Shown: in pieces, positions 63,600-64,000 of the stretch
How positions within the stretch are numbered: position 1 is the stretch's first letter
Layout: every line of letters begins with the position of its first letter
Assembly (NCBI RefSeq): GCF_006345805.1
Contig: NC_043008.1
Location: forward strand, 52,390,001-52,454,000
From: Octopus sinensis
Taxonomy: Eukaryota
Length of the DNA: 64,000 nt
Reading direction: 5' to 3'
Translations under genes and position numbers: made by a program
The notes under the pieces: generated by a model
Told to the model about the DNA's origin: nothing
Database searches by the model: none
What the model saw: the letters and a program-made list of their open reading frames with translations, nothing else

Positions 63600-64000
63600 C
63601 ACATACATACAACAAGCTTCTTTTAGTTTCCTCACACAGGAAAGAATATGGGGGAATTTGTTTTGGGGTTTGAAAATGCACCTGAATCTCAAAACTTGTA
63701 GTCATTTTTAAATTGTACAATAGTTTTATTCAAATACCAAACCGGTTTCAACAATTCTTTATTTATCAATGGTAAAAAAATAGTTAAGTAAGGGATTTAG
63801 GAGCCTTTAAGCAGGCTTAATCAATCAAATGTTCAAATGTTCAGAGAAATTTCAATGAGTTTTACAGCAATAGACAGTAATATAATTTTAAATGTTTGAT
63901 GAAGATCATAACAAATATACATGATTTGAAGTTCAGTGATATTGAGGTTTTATAAAAAGAAAAAAAAAAGAGAAAAAGATGACGAGAAAGAAAAAAATGC

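Overview
AT-rich, repeat-dense eukaryotic DNA. The SINE/LINE families and (TA)n/(CATA)n microsatellite load point to an Octopus-type cephalopod (inferred). Genes read by hand with splice sites and phases checked: an intronless TTI2 (- strand, 8003-9592); IER3IP1, head-to-head with it (+ strand, 3 exons, 81 aa, 9933-21425); a 9-coding-exon perilipin (- strand, 424 aa, 38270-28933); and one isolated probable MFS-transporter exon (+ strand, 59513-59631). The rest is RTE, CR1 and HERO-like non-LTR fragments, three tRNA-derived SINE families, Helitron-like elements, hAT and piggyBac-type MITEs, a decayed Tc1/mariner and a 1.93 kb foldback element with an 8-bp target-site duplication (TSD). The most unusual signal is four minimal type I hammerhead ribozyme folds from different repeat families. 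Their C3-G8 core pair occurs as C-G (twice), U-A and G-C. One sits in a 362-nt, 1.5-mer retrozyme-like element that ends exactly at the predicted cleavage site. Another is sense within IER3IP1 intron 1, preceded by its own antisense copy. Ribozyme activity is untested, and all homology calls are from recalled family motifs, not database searches. TE boundaries without a TSD are approximate.
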